DNA of 59,824 nucleotides from Gemmatimonadota bacterium. GTDB lineage: Bacteria; Gemmatimonadota; Gemmatimonadetes; Gemmatimonadales; GWC2-71-9. Position numbers and translations under genes: made by a program. The notes beneath the pieces were generated by a model. It saw only the letters and a list, made by a program, of their open reading frames with translations. It was not told where the DNA came from and ran no database searches. This document shows positions 36,993 through 45,896 of this stretch, in pieces (positions within the stretch are counted from its first letter, which is position 1; every line of letters begins with the position of its first letter). The DNA is taken from positions 1 through 59,824 of the forward strand of contig JBKPOS010000010.1 of assembly GCA_046733215.1 (NCBI GenBank), given 5' to 3'.

Positions 36993-38180
36993 GTGCCCTC
37001 CGACCTACTGCTGACGTTGGCATTTCCGCCGATGGGCGGTGGGGTAGCGAGATGGATGTATGAGATCGCTCGGCGCTATCCCGCCTCCGGGATAGTGGTC
37101 TCGACCGCGTCCCACCCCGACGCCGCGGACGTCGACGGAACGCTTCCGCAGCCGGTGGATCGTCTGCCGATCTCTGCCAAGCGCCTCAAGACACTTCAAG
37201 GACTCATGCTCTGGGCCCGTCGGTCGGCGGTGCTGGCCCGCTCCCACGGGGCCCGGTTTACCTGGTGCGGCGACATACATCCCGCAGGCTATCCCGGCAA
37301 ATGGACCCTTGAACGGGTAGGAACTCCGTTCGGCATCCTGCTTCACGGGCCCGATCTCCTGGTGCTGCAACATCACGTACATCGATCAGCGATGAAGCGC
37401 CGAAGCGCCCGTGCGCTGCTGGGAGCGGCTGCCGTCCTGGTAGCCAACAGCGAGTGGACTCGAGGCCTGGCCCAGTCCCTGTTGCGCGAGCTCGAGCTCG
37501 AGCCCGGTGGGGATCGAATCCGTGTAGTTCCGCTCGGAACTGATCCTGACTTCTTCCGGCCGGGCGAATCCACCTCTGGTATTCGGGAGCGTTACGGGCT
37601 CGAAGAGGGCCGTTGGATCGCGTCGGTATCGCGACTGGCGGCTCACCGGGGCATCGATGTGGTGCTGCGCGCGCTGGCGCTCCTCGATGACCGTGAAGCC
37701 GATGTCCGTTACGCCGTCGCCGGTACCGGCGATGCTCGCCGTGAGCTGGAGCTGCTTGCCGCAGAGCTTGGCGTGGATCGGCGAGTCCGCTTTCTGGGCG
37801 GCGTTGCCGATGCCGACCTCCTGGGGCTCTACAACCTGGCTGAGGTCTATGTCGCTCCTGCCCGGCGAGCCCCGCTCGTCGGGGAAGGGTTTGGACTCGC
37901 CTTGGCAGAGGCCTCGAGCGCCGGCAGGCCGGTGATCGCCTCTCGAGCGGGAGGTGTTCCGGAAGCCGTGCGCGACGGGCAAACCGGATTGCTGGTCGAC
38001 CCCGACCGCCCGTCAGAGTTGGCCGATGCGCTACGACGGCTGCTGCGGGATCGGACGCTGGCTCGAAAGCTCGGGGTGGCAGGTCGGCGGGAGATCGAGC
38101 GCTACTACAACTGGGATAGGGTCACGTCTGACCTGGCGAAGATTGCCGCGGATGCGGCGGGAGTCAGAACCGGAAGTTAG
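36993..38180 (+). CDS. Glycosyltransferase family 4
   Basis: FPPMGGGV, ANSEWT, EGFGLALAEA, GGVPEAV.DG.TG. Confidence 0.9.
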   Translation: MPSDLLLTLAFPPMGGGVARWMYEIARRYPASGIVVSTASHPDAADVDGTLPQPVDRLPISAKRLKTLQGLMLWARRSAVLARSHGARFTWCGDIHPAGYPGKWTLERVGTPFGILLHGPDLLVLQHHVHRSAMKRRSARALLGAAAVLVANSEWTRGLAQSLLRELELEPGGDRIRVVPLGTDPDFFRPGESTSGIRERYGLEEGRWIASVSRLAAHRGIDVVLRALALLDDREADVRYAVAGTGDARRELELLAAELGVDRRVRFLGGVADADLLGLYNLAEVYVAPARRAPLVGEGFGLALAEASSAGRPVIASRAGGVPEAVRDGQTGLLVDPDRPSELADALRRLLRDRTLARKLGVAGRREIERYYNWDRVTSDLAKIAADAAGVRTGS

Positions 38181-39130
38181 GCCGCGTCCGTGAGCTCAGC
38201 CGCGGTCCGTGGTTGTGCGGGCAGTACGGCAAAGGCCGTAGACGGCCGGACCGGCCGTTCGTCGGCAGGAGGCCAGCGGGGGTGCGGCGCCTCGGCGATC
38301 TGGTCGAGTCGGCCGCCGAGCAACTCGAGGGCGTCCCGAGTCGCTTCGTATCCCGCCGCGATAAGCTCCGGGGTCTTGTCGAAGGCAAACATCGAGATGG
38401 CGGCCACTGGCGGCTGGATCAGTACCAGCGGCGGACCGCCCCACTTGCGCAGCGAAGCCTCGATCTGGGTCTGCATTACGATTTCGAGCCCGCGAATGTA
38501 GGTCGCCGCAAACCCGGCCAACTCGGGCCCGCTACGCTCCACGCTCGTGGCTGCGACATTCACCGCGATGATCGGCCAGGGAGCCGTCGAAGCTGCCACT
38601 TGAACAGGCAGGTTTTCGATGATAGCCCCATCGACGTAGCGGCGTCCGTTAATTTCGTGCGGCGGGAAAATGCCCGGAAGCGCACAGGAGGCGAATACCA
38701 CGTCGGTCAGTCGGGCGTCGCGTGTTTCCGGGCTGCCCCAGACGCATTGACGACCGGATGCCAGATCTACCGTGTTTACCAGGAGGCGGTGCTTGAGATC
38801 GTCGAAGGTGCAGGTGCCGACGATGCTGCGGATCAGCGTTTCGAGCGGTTCTCGGCGATAGACGGCAGGTGACATCATTCGCCGGAGCGCCATATCCGTA
38901 TGGGCAACTCTGAAGACATGGCGTCGCTCCACCCGCAACGCGCGAGCTGCCATCTCTTCGGCGGACATCCCGCAGGCCCAAGCGGCGCCGATCAGCGATC
39001 CCATGCTCGACCCCACGACGAGATCGGGTACGAGTCCCCGTTCCTCAAGAGCGCGAAACACCCCAATATGGGCGAGACCCTTAAGGCCGCCTCCGCTCAA
39101 AACCAGGGAAAATTGGGTCGCTTGTTTCAC
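38177..39130 (-). CDS. Patatin-like phospholipase
   Basis: LSGGGLKG, GSSMG, DGA motifs. Confidence 0.92.
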   Translation of the reverse strand: MKQATQFSLVLSGGGLKGLAHIGVFRALEERGLVPDLVVGSSMGSLIGAAWACGMSAEEMAARALRVERRHVFRVAHTDMALRRMMSPAVYRREPLETLIRSIVGTCTFDDLKHRLLVNTVDLASGRQCVWGSPETRDARLTDVVFASCALPGIFPPHEINGRRYVDGAIIENLPVQVAASTAPWPIIAVNVAATSVERSGPELAGFAATYIRGLEIVMQTQIEASLRKWGGPPLVLIQPPVAAISMFAFDKTPELIAAGYEATRDALELLGGRLDQIAEAPHPRWPPADERPVRPSTAFAVLPAQPRTAAELTDAA

Positions 39131-39165
39131 CTGCTTGCCTCGACCGAGTACCCCGCCCTAACCTT

Positions 39166-39181
39166 TGCAATCCCGGTGCCA
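39166..39181 (-). promoter_or_regulatory. Sigma54 (-24/-12) promoter for the patatin gene
   Basis: Minus strand TGGCACCGGGATTGCA, an exact consensus match 36 nt upstream of the start codon. Confidence 0.75.
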
Positions 39182-39316
39182 GAGGGGGATCGGCATGCGA
39201 CAATGCCAAAATTTGCAGTCCTTACCCACGAAGGGGACAAACGTGGGCGAGCGACGTCCTGAGGTGGCTACTTCCCTGCGGGTGGCGTTGAAACTATTAC
39301 CAACGTTCAATGGGCT

Positions 39317-40489
39317 GTGGCTGACCTTGTGAGCGCGCCGTTTTCCCCCCTCGCCCTCCGAACGGTCGAATTTCCCTGGACCAGCGACGTCATCTATCTC
39401 AATGCGGCCGGCATTGGGCCCCTGCCTGAACGATCCCGCCGGGCGCTCGAGGAGTTCGCCGCCCTCAGGGCGGCGCCTCATCGGATCTCCGAACGGCACC
39501 TGTTTGGAACCCTGGCTGAGTCCCGCCGCCTTGCAGCCGCCTTGATCAACGCCGACCCAGCGGAGATCGCCCTGGCCCAGAACACGAGCTACGGGGTGAA
39601 CCTCGCCGCACGGGGTCTGCCGCTCGACCCGGGCGACATCATCCTGCTCAGTGATCGCGAGTTTCCCGCGAACGTCTACCCCTGGCTTGCGCAGCGGGAT
39701 CGCGGAGCCGAAATCGAAATCGCGCCGACTACCCCGCAAGGTTGGCCCGACGAAGCCTACATGCTCCAGCGAATGGCACATCCGCGCGTGAAAGTGCTCG
39801 CGGTGTCGCTCACCCAGTTCGCCAACGGTTACACGGTGGACCTTGGGGGTCTCTCGCGAGTGGCTCGAATGACGGGGACATACCTCGCAGTCGATGCGAT
39901 TCAGGCGGTGGGGCAAATGCCTGTCGACGTTCAGAAAACTCCGGTTGACCTCCTTGCCTGCGGAGGCCAGAAGTGGCTCCTCTCACCCTGGGGCTCCGGC
40001 TTTGTGTACGTGCGTCGGGAACTAATTCCCAAGTTGGCGCCTGCGGATGTCGGTTGGCTTGCCTTCGAGGGCACGGACGACTTGAGCCGACTCACAGCCT
40101 ACGACACGACGCTTCGCTCCGATGCCCGTCGTTATGAGCTGGTGACCTTGCCGTATCAGGACTTCGCAGGCTTCAATGCTTCGGTGGCCCTGCTGCTCGA
40201 GGTTGGGATCGCAGCGATACGCGACTACTTGCGGGCGGTCATTCAGCCCGTTCTTTCCTGGGCGGCGAGTGCCGGGGTACGCGTAACTTCGCCCCAGGGG
40301 GCCCACGGATCGGCAATTGTTTGTTTGGATCTACCCGACGCTCCCCGCGCCTATCGCGCACTCAAGAGGGAGGGCATCGTTGCCACAGTGCGGGAAGGTG
40401 TGGTGCGCCTGAGTCCCCATCTCTACAACACGCCCGCAGAGCTGGAAAAGGTGGCGGAAGCGCTGGACACGGTAGCGGCCGGGACGTAA
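39317..40489 (+). CDS. Class V PLP-dependent aminotransferase family protein
   Basis: YLNAAG, EFPANVYPW, VDAIQAVG, GGQKWLLSPWG, RLSPHLYN. Confidence 0.88.
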   Translation: MADLVSAPFSPLALRTVEFPWTSDVIYLNAAGIGPLPERSRRALEEFAALRAAPHRISERHLFGTLAESRRLAAALINADPAEIALAQNTSYGVNLAARGLPLDPGDIILLSDREFPANVYPWLAQRDRGAEIEIAPTTPQGWPDEAYMLQRMAHPRVKVLAVSLTQFANGYTVDLGGLSRVARMTGTYLAVDAIQAVGQMPVDVQKTPVDLLACGGQKWLLSPWGSGFVYVRRELIPKLAPADVGWLAFEGTDDLSRLTAYDTTLRSDARRYELVTLPYQDFAGFNASVALLLEVGIAAIRDYLRAVIQPVLSWAASAGVRVTSPQGAHGSAIVCLDLPDAPRAYRALKREGIVATVREGVVRLSPHLYNTPAELEKVAEALDTVAAGT

Positions 40490-40517
40490 CCTCAGTCATC
40501 TCCTAGCATCGATTCGT

Positions 40518-42065
40518 ATGAATTTCGCCGACATGCTTCGGGCAGGATACGGATTCTCCGATCCTTCTGTTGTCTTGGGCGCCGCACTGGATGGGACCAG
40601 CGTAGTTCCGAACCCGAAGGTTCGGATCCCCGTCGCGATGATGAACCGTCATGGCCTCATTGCCGGGGCTACCGGCACGGGTAAGACTCGAACCCTCCAG
40701 TTGCTTGCGGAACAGCTCTCCGCGGCGGGCGTGCCGGTATTTGCTGCCGATGTCAAGGGCGATCTCTCCGGCATCGCACAGCCCGGAGAGGCGAACGATC
40801 GCGTCAGCGCTCGCGCTAAGGAGGTCGGCTACAACTGGAAGCCTCTGGCTTGCCCCACCGAGTTCGTGAGTCTGAGCGGCAAGATCGGCGTTCCTCTGCG
40901 CGCGACGGTGAGCTCGTTCGGACCGCTGCTCCTGGCCAAGTTGCTTGACCTCAACGACACTCAGTCGAGCGTGCTGGCCATGGTGTTCAAGTATTGCGAC
41001 GATAATCGGCTTCCGCTGCTCGATCTCTCGGACCTCAAAGCTGTGCTTCAGTACCTGAGCTCGAGCGAGGGCAAGAGCGCCCTTGCCGGCTATGGCGGCA
41101 TGTCGGCCGCGTCGGTTGGAGTGCTACTTCGCAAGATGGTAGAGCTCGGTGCGCAGGGGGCCGAGCCGTTTTTCGGCGAGCCGGAGTTCGATGTAAAGGA
41201 ATTCCTCCAGACGACATCGGATGGACGCGGCATAGTCACGTGCCTCGAGCTCGCGGATGTGCAGGACACGCCTCGACTCTTCTCAACTTTCCTAATGTGG
41301 CTTCTGGCGGAGCTGTACCACAATCTCCCCGAGGCGGGTGATCTGCCGAAGCCGAAGCTCGTGTTCTTCTTCGATGAGGCCCACCTGCTCTTCGACGATG
41401 CCTCCAAGGCATTTATGGAGCAGGTGCAGCAGGTCATTCGGTTGATCCGGTCCAAGGGCGTCGGCGTGTTCTTCGTCACCCAGACACCGAAGGACGTCTC
41501 CGACGATGTGCTGGCTCAGCTCTCGAACCGGGTACAGCACGCCCTCAGAGCCCACACCCCGAACGACGACGCAGCGCTCAAGGCGACGGTTCGTACCTTT
41601 CCCAAGACCACCTTCTACGATCTCGAGGAAACGCTGACCTCGCTGGGTATCGGCGAAGCGGTAGTGACGGTGCTCGACGGACGCGGAGTGCCCACACCCG
41701 TGGTTGCCACCCGCCTGGTTCCACCGGCATCCCGAATGGCGGGATTGACGCCCGACGAGCTGCAGGCTGATGTACGGCAATCGCCCTGGCTGGCTCAGTA
41801 CGGCCAGTCCGTCGATCGGGAGAGCGCTCGGGAGATGCTGGCGAGCCGGATGGAACGAACCACCCCGCCCGCCGCTGCACCGGCGAGCCCCGTTCCTGCC
41901 GGCGGTGGCAAGGCCACCAAGACCGTCGCATCGGTGGCTGCCGGTGCCATGGTCGGAGCACTCTCGAGCTCGATTGGAAGAACGATTGGCCGGGAAGTGG
42001 TGCGCGGCTTGTTCGGACTGCTGGGGGCGAAGCCCGGTTCCGGCAGCCGACGAAGCAGATGGTAA
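40518..42065 (+). CDS. DUF853/YjgR HerA-like ATPase
   Basis: NRHGLIAGATGTGKT, DVKGDLSG, FFDEAHLLF, RLIRSKGVG. Confidence 0.92.
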   Translation: MNFADMLRAGYGFSDPSVVLGAALDGTSVVPNPKVRIPVAMMNRHGLIAGATGTGKTRTLQLLAEQLSAAGVPVFAADVKGDLSGIAQPGEANDRVSARAKEVGYNWKPLACPTEFVSLSGKIGVPLRATVSSFGPLLLAKLLDLNDTQSSVLAMVFKYCDDNRLPLLDLSDLKAVLQYLSSSEGKSALAGYGGMSAASVGVLLRKMVELGAQGAEPFFGEPEFDVKEFLQTTSDGRGIVTCLELADVQDTPRLFSTFLMWLLAELYHNLPEAGDLPKPKLVFFFDEAHLLFDDASKAFMEQVQQVIRLIRSKGVGVFFVTQTPKDVSDDVLAQLSNRVQHALRAHTPNDDAALKATVRTFPKTTFYDLEETLTSLGIGEAVVTVLDGRGVPTPVVATRLVPPASRMAGLTPDELQADVRQSPWLAQYGQSVDRESAREMLASRMERTTPPAAAPASPVPAGGGKATKTVASVAAGAMVGALSSSIGRTIGREVVRGLFGLLGAKPGSGSRRSRW

Positions 42066-42085
42066 AAGCAGGGAATCGCCTCACA

Positions 42086-42120
42086 CCTTTCCGTTTTCCT
42101 TTTCTCCCCTTCTCCCATTT
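42086..42120. repeat. Degenerate pyrimidine-rich ~7-nt periodic tract at the tyrS 3' end
   Basis: CCTTTCC GTTTTCC TTTTCTC CCCTTCT CCCATTT. Confidence 0.35.
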
Positions 42121-43420
42121 ACTGCAGTATTAGTTTCACGAAGTTCTTCTTCCCCTTCCGGAGCAACACCCAATTCCGGCCGGCGAAATCGTCGGACGTA
42201 ATCCACCGGTTGACGTCATCCACCTGTTCGCCGTTCACGTAGATCCCGCCCCCCTGGATGCTTCGGCGCGCGTCGGCTTTGGAGGACGCGTGCCCGGCCC
42301 GTACGAGGATGTCGATCAACGGCATCTTGTAGCCGAATTCCGCCCGCGGAACCATCGTCACCGGGATGTCGGTGCTTTCGGCGATCACAAGCAGCGCATC
42401 CGCGCTGCCGCTCTGTGCCACCGGTCCTGAGCTTCGCCGGAACAGCGCTTCACTCGCCTGCCGGGCCTTGTCGGCCTCATTCCGGCCATGGACGAGTGCA
42501 GTGACCTCCCAGGCCAGACGGCGCTGGCCCGGCCGGCCAGCCGGGTCGGCCGACTGCTGCGACACCACCTCGCCGATTTCGCCAAGCTCGAGAAACGTGA
42601 ACAGCTTGAGGAAACGCTCCACGTCCCGGTCGTCACTGTTCAGCCAGAACTGATAGAACTGATACGAGCTGGTGCGGGCGGGATCGAGCCAGACGTTCTC
42701 ACCTTCGCTCTTGCCGAACTTCGCCCCCGACGCTGCTGTAATGAGCGGGTACACGAGCCCGTGCACCTCGCGTTGCTCCCGCCGCGCGACCAGCTCGATG
42801 CCGGCAGTGATGTTCCCCCACTGGTCGCTGCCGCCCATCTGCAGCTCGCAGCGCTCGCTCTTGTAGAGATGCCAGAAATCGTAGGCCTGGACCAGCATGT
42901 AGCTGAACTCGGTATAGGAGATTCCCGTCTCCATCCGGCTTCTCACTGACTCCTTCTGCATCATGTAGTTCAGCGTGAAATGCTTGCCCGTATCCCGGAG
43001 GAACTCCATGAGACTCAAGGGCCGCAGCCACTCCGCGTTGTTCCGCATGCGGGCGTAATTCGTGCCGCCATTGGGGTCATTGTCGCCTTCGAACCGGAGG
43101 AATCGACCGAGCTGCGACTGGATTGCCGCCGCGTTCGCATCGATCTGCTCCAGCGAGAGCACCGGGCGCTCCTGTCGTTTCCCGCTGGGGTCGCCGACCA
43201 TGCCGGTGCCGGCTCCTATCAGCGCAATGGGAGTCCCCCCCGCCCGCTGAAGCCAGGCCAGGCCCATGACCGGCACCAGACTCCCCACGTGGAGGGAGTC
43301 GGCGGTTGGATCGAATCCGATGTACGCGGTGATCGGTCCCTGAGCCAGGCGTGCCGCGAGGCCGGGAGTTGCGTCCTGAAGGAACCCGCGGTCGGCGTAG
43401 AGCTGGAGAAGGCTGGACAT
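42119..43420 (-). CDS. tyrS: Tyrosine--tRNA ligase
   Basis: GFDPTADSLHVG, GDPSG, QAYDF, GGSDQWGNI, KFGKS, S4 domain ending LRKGKK. Confidence 0.98.
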   Translation of the reverse strand: MSSLLQLYADRGFLQDATPGLAARLAQGPITAYIGFDPTADSLHVGSLVPVMGLAWLQRAGGTPIALIGAGTGMVGDPSGKRQERPVLSLEQIDANAAAIQSQLGRFLRFEGDNDPNGGTNYARMRNNAEWLRPLSLMEFLRDTGKHFTLNYMMQKESVRSRMETGISYTEFSYMLVQAYDFWHLYKSERCELQMGGSDQWGNITAGIELVARREQREVHGLVYPLITAASGAKFGKSEGENVWLDPARTSSYQFYQFWLNSDDRDVERFLKLFTFLELGEIGEVVSQQSADPAGRPGQRRLAWEVTALVHGRNEADKARQASEALFRRSSGPVAQSGSADALLVIAESTDIPVTMVPRAEFGYKMPLIDILVRAGHASSKADARRSIQGGGIYVNGEQVDDVNRWITSDDFAGRNWVLLRKGKKNFVKLILQ

Positions 43421-43428
43421 GGGAAAAG

Positions 43429-43504
43429 CGTAAACGGTGAACGGTGAACGGTAAACAGGGTACCTGGGAGGGGCCGCTCACCGTTCACCCCTTCACCGTT
43501 TACG
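43429..43504. repeat. Inverted heptamer arrays (GGTRAAC)x4 / (CGTTYAC)-like x4
   Basis: 43429-43456 is complementary to 43475-43504; same unit as at 29827. Confidence 0.85.
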
Positions 43505-43549
43505 CCGTTGTAGCTGTTCTAGCCCCGGTCGTCCGGCTAATTTCGGGTC

Positions 43550-45895
43550 ATGCTCACCCGCATAACCGCACCCCTGGTCCGGGCCTGGAAGACGCCGCGG
43601 GTCCGCCGAGGCGTGCTGGTCGGCGTCCTCGCACTGGTAACCCTCGGATTCGCAGTGGTGCTGGCGGCGTGGACCGGCGCCTGCGGCGGCAATACCTGCC
43701 CGTCGATCGAAGGGCTCGATCGCTACGATCCCAATCAGGCGGCGAAGGTCTATGCCGCCGACGGGCGTCTCATCACCGATCTCGGCCTGGAGCGTCGCAC
43801 GGTCGTGCCGCTGGGAGAAATGTCGCCCTACGTCAAGGCGGCGTTCATCGCGACCGAGGACAAGCGGTTCTACGAGCACAAGGGCATCGACTGGGTCCGC
43901 GTCTTCGGTGCGGTGAAGGCAAACGTCTTCAAGCTGCGTTTTGCCGAGGGTTTTTCCACCATCACCATGCAGCTTGCCCGTAATCTCTGGCCCGAGGACA
44001 TCAGCGGACGGGACAAGTCGCTGCGGCGGAAGCTCCGGGAAGTAAAGGTCGCACTCGAGATCGAGCGGAAATATCCCAAGGACAAGATTCTCGAACTGTA
44101 CCTCAATCAGATCGACCTGGGGAACCGAGCCTACGGCGTTGAGACGGCCTCGCAGCGGTATTTCGGCAAGTCGGTGCGGGATCTCAATCTAGCGGAAGCA
44201 GCCACGCTCGCGGCGATTCCGAAGGCGCCGTCGCGCTACAATCCGCGCCGTAATCCAAACATGAATCTCCAGCGGCGCAACACGATCATCAACCTGCTCC
44301 GCGACGACCAGGCACTCTCCGAGCGAGATGCCGAGCGATGGAAGGCGTATCCGCTGCTGCTCTCGTCCCACTCGGACTTCAGCGGGGTGGCCGAGTATTT
44401 CGTGGAGTACGTCCGCCAGCAACTGGACGCCCGCTTCGGCCCTGACCTCTACCGGGAGGGCTTGCGGATTTACACCACGCTCGACCTCGACATGCAGCAG
44501 GCCGCCGAGCGCGCCCTCGAAGCTCGGCTCGAGGCTATCGAAGATGGGGCTGACGGGAAGTTCTCCTGGCAGACCTATCGGCAGTACCTCGACGCCCACG
44601 CGGATACGCCGGAGGATCACGGCAATACACCGACGCCGTACCTCCAGGGGCTCGTGGTCACGCTTGAGGCCAAGACCGGGGCAATTCGCGCAATGGTGGG
44701 AGGGCGCGACTTCGAGGACAGCAAGTTCAACCGGGCGACCCAGTCCCGTCGCCAGCCGGGGTCCACCTTCAAGCCCATCGTGTATTCGGCCGCAATCGAG
44801 GCCGGTTACCCGCTCTCCTACGTAATCGCGGACGATCCGCTCACGGTCGAGCTCCCGCCTCCGCAGGGCATGTGGATGCCCCAGAACTATGATCTCGAGT
44901 TCGAGGGGCCGATGACACTGCGGCGCGCGCTCATGCTGTCGCGCAACATCGTCGCGGTCAAACTGGGTATGGAGGTGGGTGAGCAGGCCGTCATCGCGGA
45001 AGCAGCCAAGTTCGGCTTGACGACCAAGGTTCCCCCCGTTCCCTCGATTCACATCGGCTCCGCCGACGTCATTCCGCTCGAAATAATTGCGGCCTACACC
45101 ACCTTCGCGAATCTCGGCGTCCGCACCGTGCCGACCGCGATCTTGCGAGTCGAAGATCGCAGCGGGAAAATGCTCTGGCAGCCACAGGTGAAGAGCGAAG
45201 TCGTGATGGATACGCTGCACGCCTGGCTCATGAACGATGCGCTCCGCGACGTAGTCCGGCACGGTACCGCATTCGGCGCCGTCACCGCACGCAACTTCCC
45301 GGCACCGGCAGGCGGCAAGACCGGAACGACCAACGACGGCTTCGATGTCTGGTTCATCGGGTTTACGCCGGACCTCGTGACCGGCCTATGGATCGGCTTC
45401 GACCAGCCCAGGAAGATCAAGAGCAACGCCCAGGGAGGCATCCTCGCGGCCCCGGCGTGGACCGCGATGATGAAAGAGATCTACGATCGGCGGCCGATTC
45501 CGGCTGCATGGCCTCGGCCCGACGGACTCGCGGCACTCGACATCGACCGGAGCACCGGCTTCAAGGCAACGCCGTTCTGCCCCAAGGAATTTCACTACAT
45601 CGAATCGTTCATTCCGGGTACCGAGCCTTCCCAGTTCTGTCCGGTTCACTCGCCCTTCAACCTGGGAGGTAACGGGGCGAGTCCGATGGGCGGGGCACCT
45701 CCACCTCCGACAGCGCCCAACCCATCTCAACCTCCGACTTCGGGTACGCTGGGCGGAACCACGCCTCGTCCGGGACAGCCCGCTTCGCCGGCCCCGGGCG
45801 GGGGCACCTCTGCACCGAACGGTGTCATGGGCGGAAGTGGACCGCCTCCCTCGAGTGGTGGACCTCCTCCGTCACCCAGGAAGCCCCCTAACTGA
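43550..45895 (+). CDS. mrcA: Penicillin-binding protein 1A family (transglycosylase + transpeptidase)
   Basis: EDKRFYEH, GFSTITMQLARN, RKLRE, PGSTFK, SRN, KTGT; Pro/Gly-rich tail. Confidence 0.93.
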   Translation: MLTRITAPLVRAWKTPRVRRGVLVGVLALVTLGFAVVLAAWTGACGGNTCPSIEGLDRYDPNQAAKVYAADGRLITDLGLERRTVVPLGEMSPYVKAAFIATEDKRFYEHKGIDWVRVFGAVKANVFKLRFAEGFSTITMQLARNLWPEDISGRDKSLRRKLREVKVALEIERKYPKDKILELYLNQIDLGNRAYGVETASQRYFGKSVRDLNLAEAATLAAIPKAPSRYNPRRNPNMNLQRRNTIINLLRDDQALSERDAERWKAYPLLLSSHSDFSGVAEYFVEYVRQQLDARFGPDLYREGLRIYTTLDLDMQQAAERALEARLEAIEDGADGKFSWQTYRQYLDAHADTPEDHGNTPTPYLQGLVVTLEAKTGAIRAMVGGRDFEDSKFNRATQSRRQPGSTFKPIVYSAAIEAGYPLSYVIADDPLTVELPPPQGMWMPQNYDLEFEGPMTLRRALMLSRNIVAVKLGMEVGEQAVIAEAAKFGLTTKVPPVPSIHIGSADVIPLEIIAAYTTFANLGVRTVPTAILRVEDRSGKMLWQPQVKSEVVMDTLHAWLMNDALRDVVRHGTAFGAVTARNFPAPAGGKTGTTNDGFDVWFIGFTPDLVTGLWIGFDQPRKIKSNAQGGILAAPAWTAMMKEIYDRRPIPAAWPRPDGLAALDIDRSTGFKATPFCPKEFHYIESFIPGTEPSQFCPVHSPFNLGGNGASPMGGAPPPPTAPNPSQPPTSGTLGGTTPRPGQPASPAPGGGTSAPNGVMGGSGPPPSSGGPPPSPRKPPN

Positions 45896-45896
45896 G

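Noticed and set aside
39317..40489. Cysteine desulfurase (sufS/iscS) call
   Set aside because: The catalytic Cys loop (RxGxHC or SSGSAC) is not evident, so only a class V family call is made.
27072..43504. Heptamer arrays as CRISPR repeats
   Set aside because: 7-nt tandem units with no unique 25-45 nt spacers and no cas genes.
45660..45895. Pro/Gly-rich tail of PBP1A
   Set aside because: Low-complexity disordered tails are common in class A PBPs.
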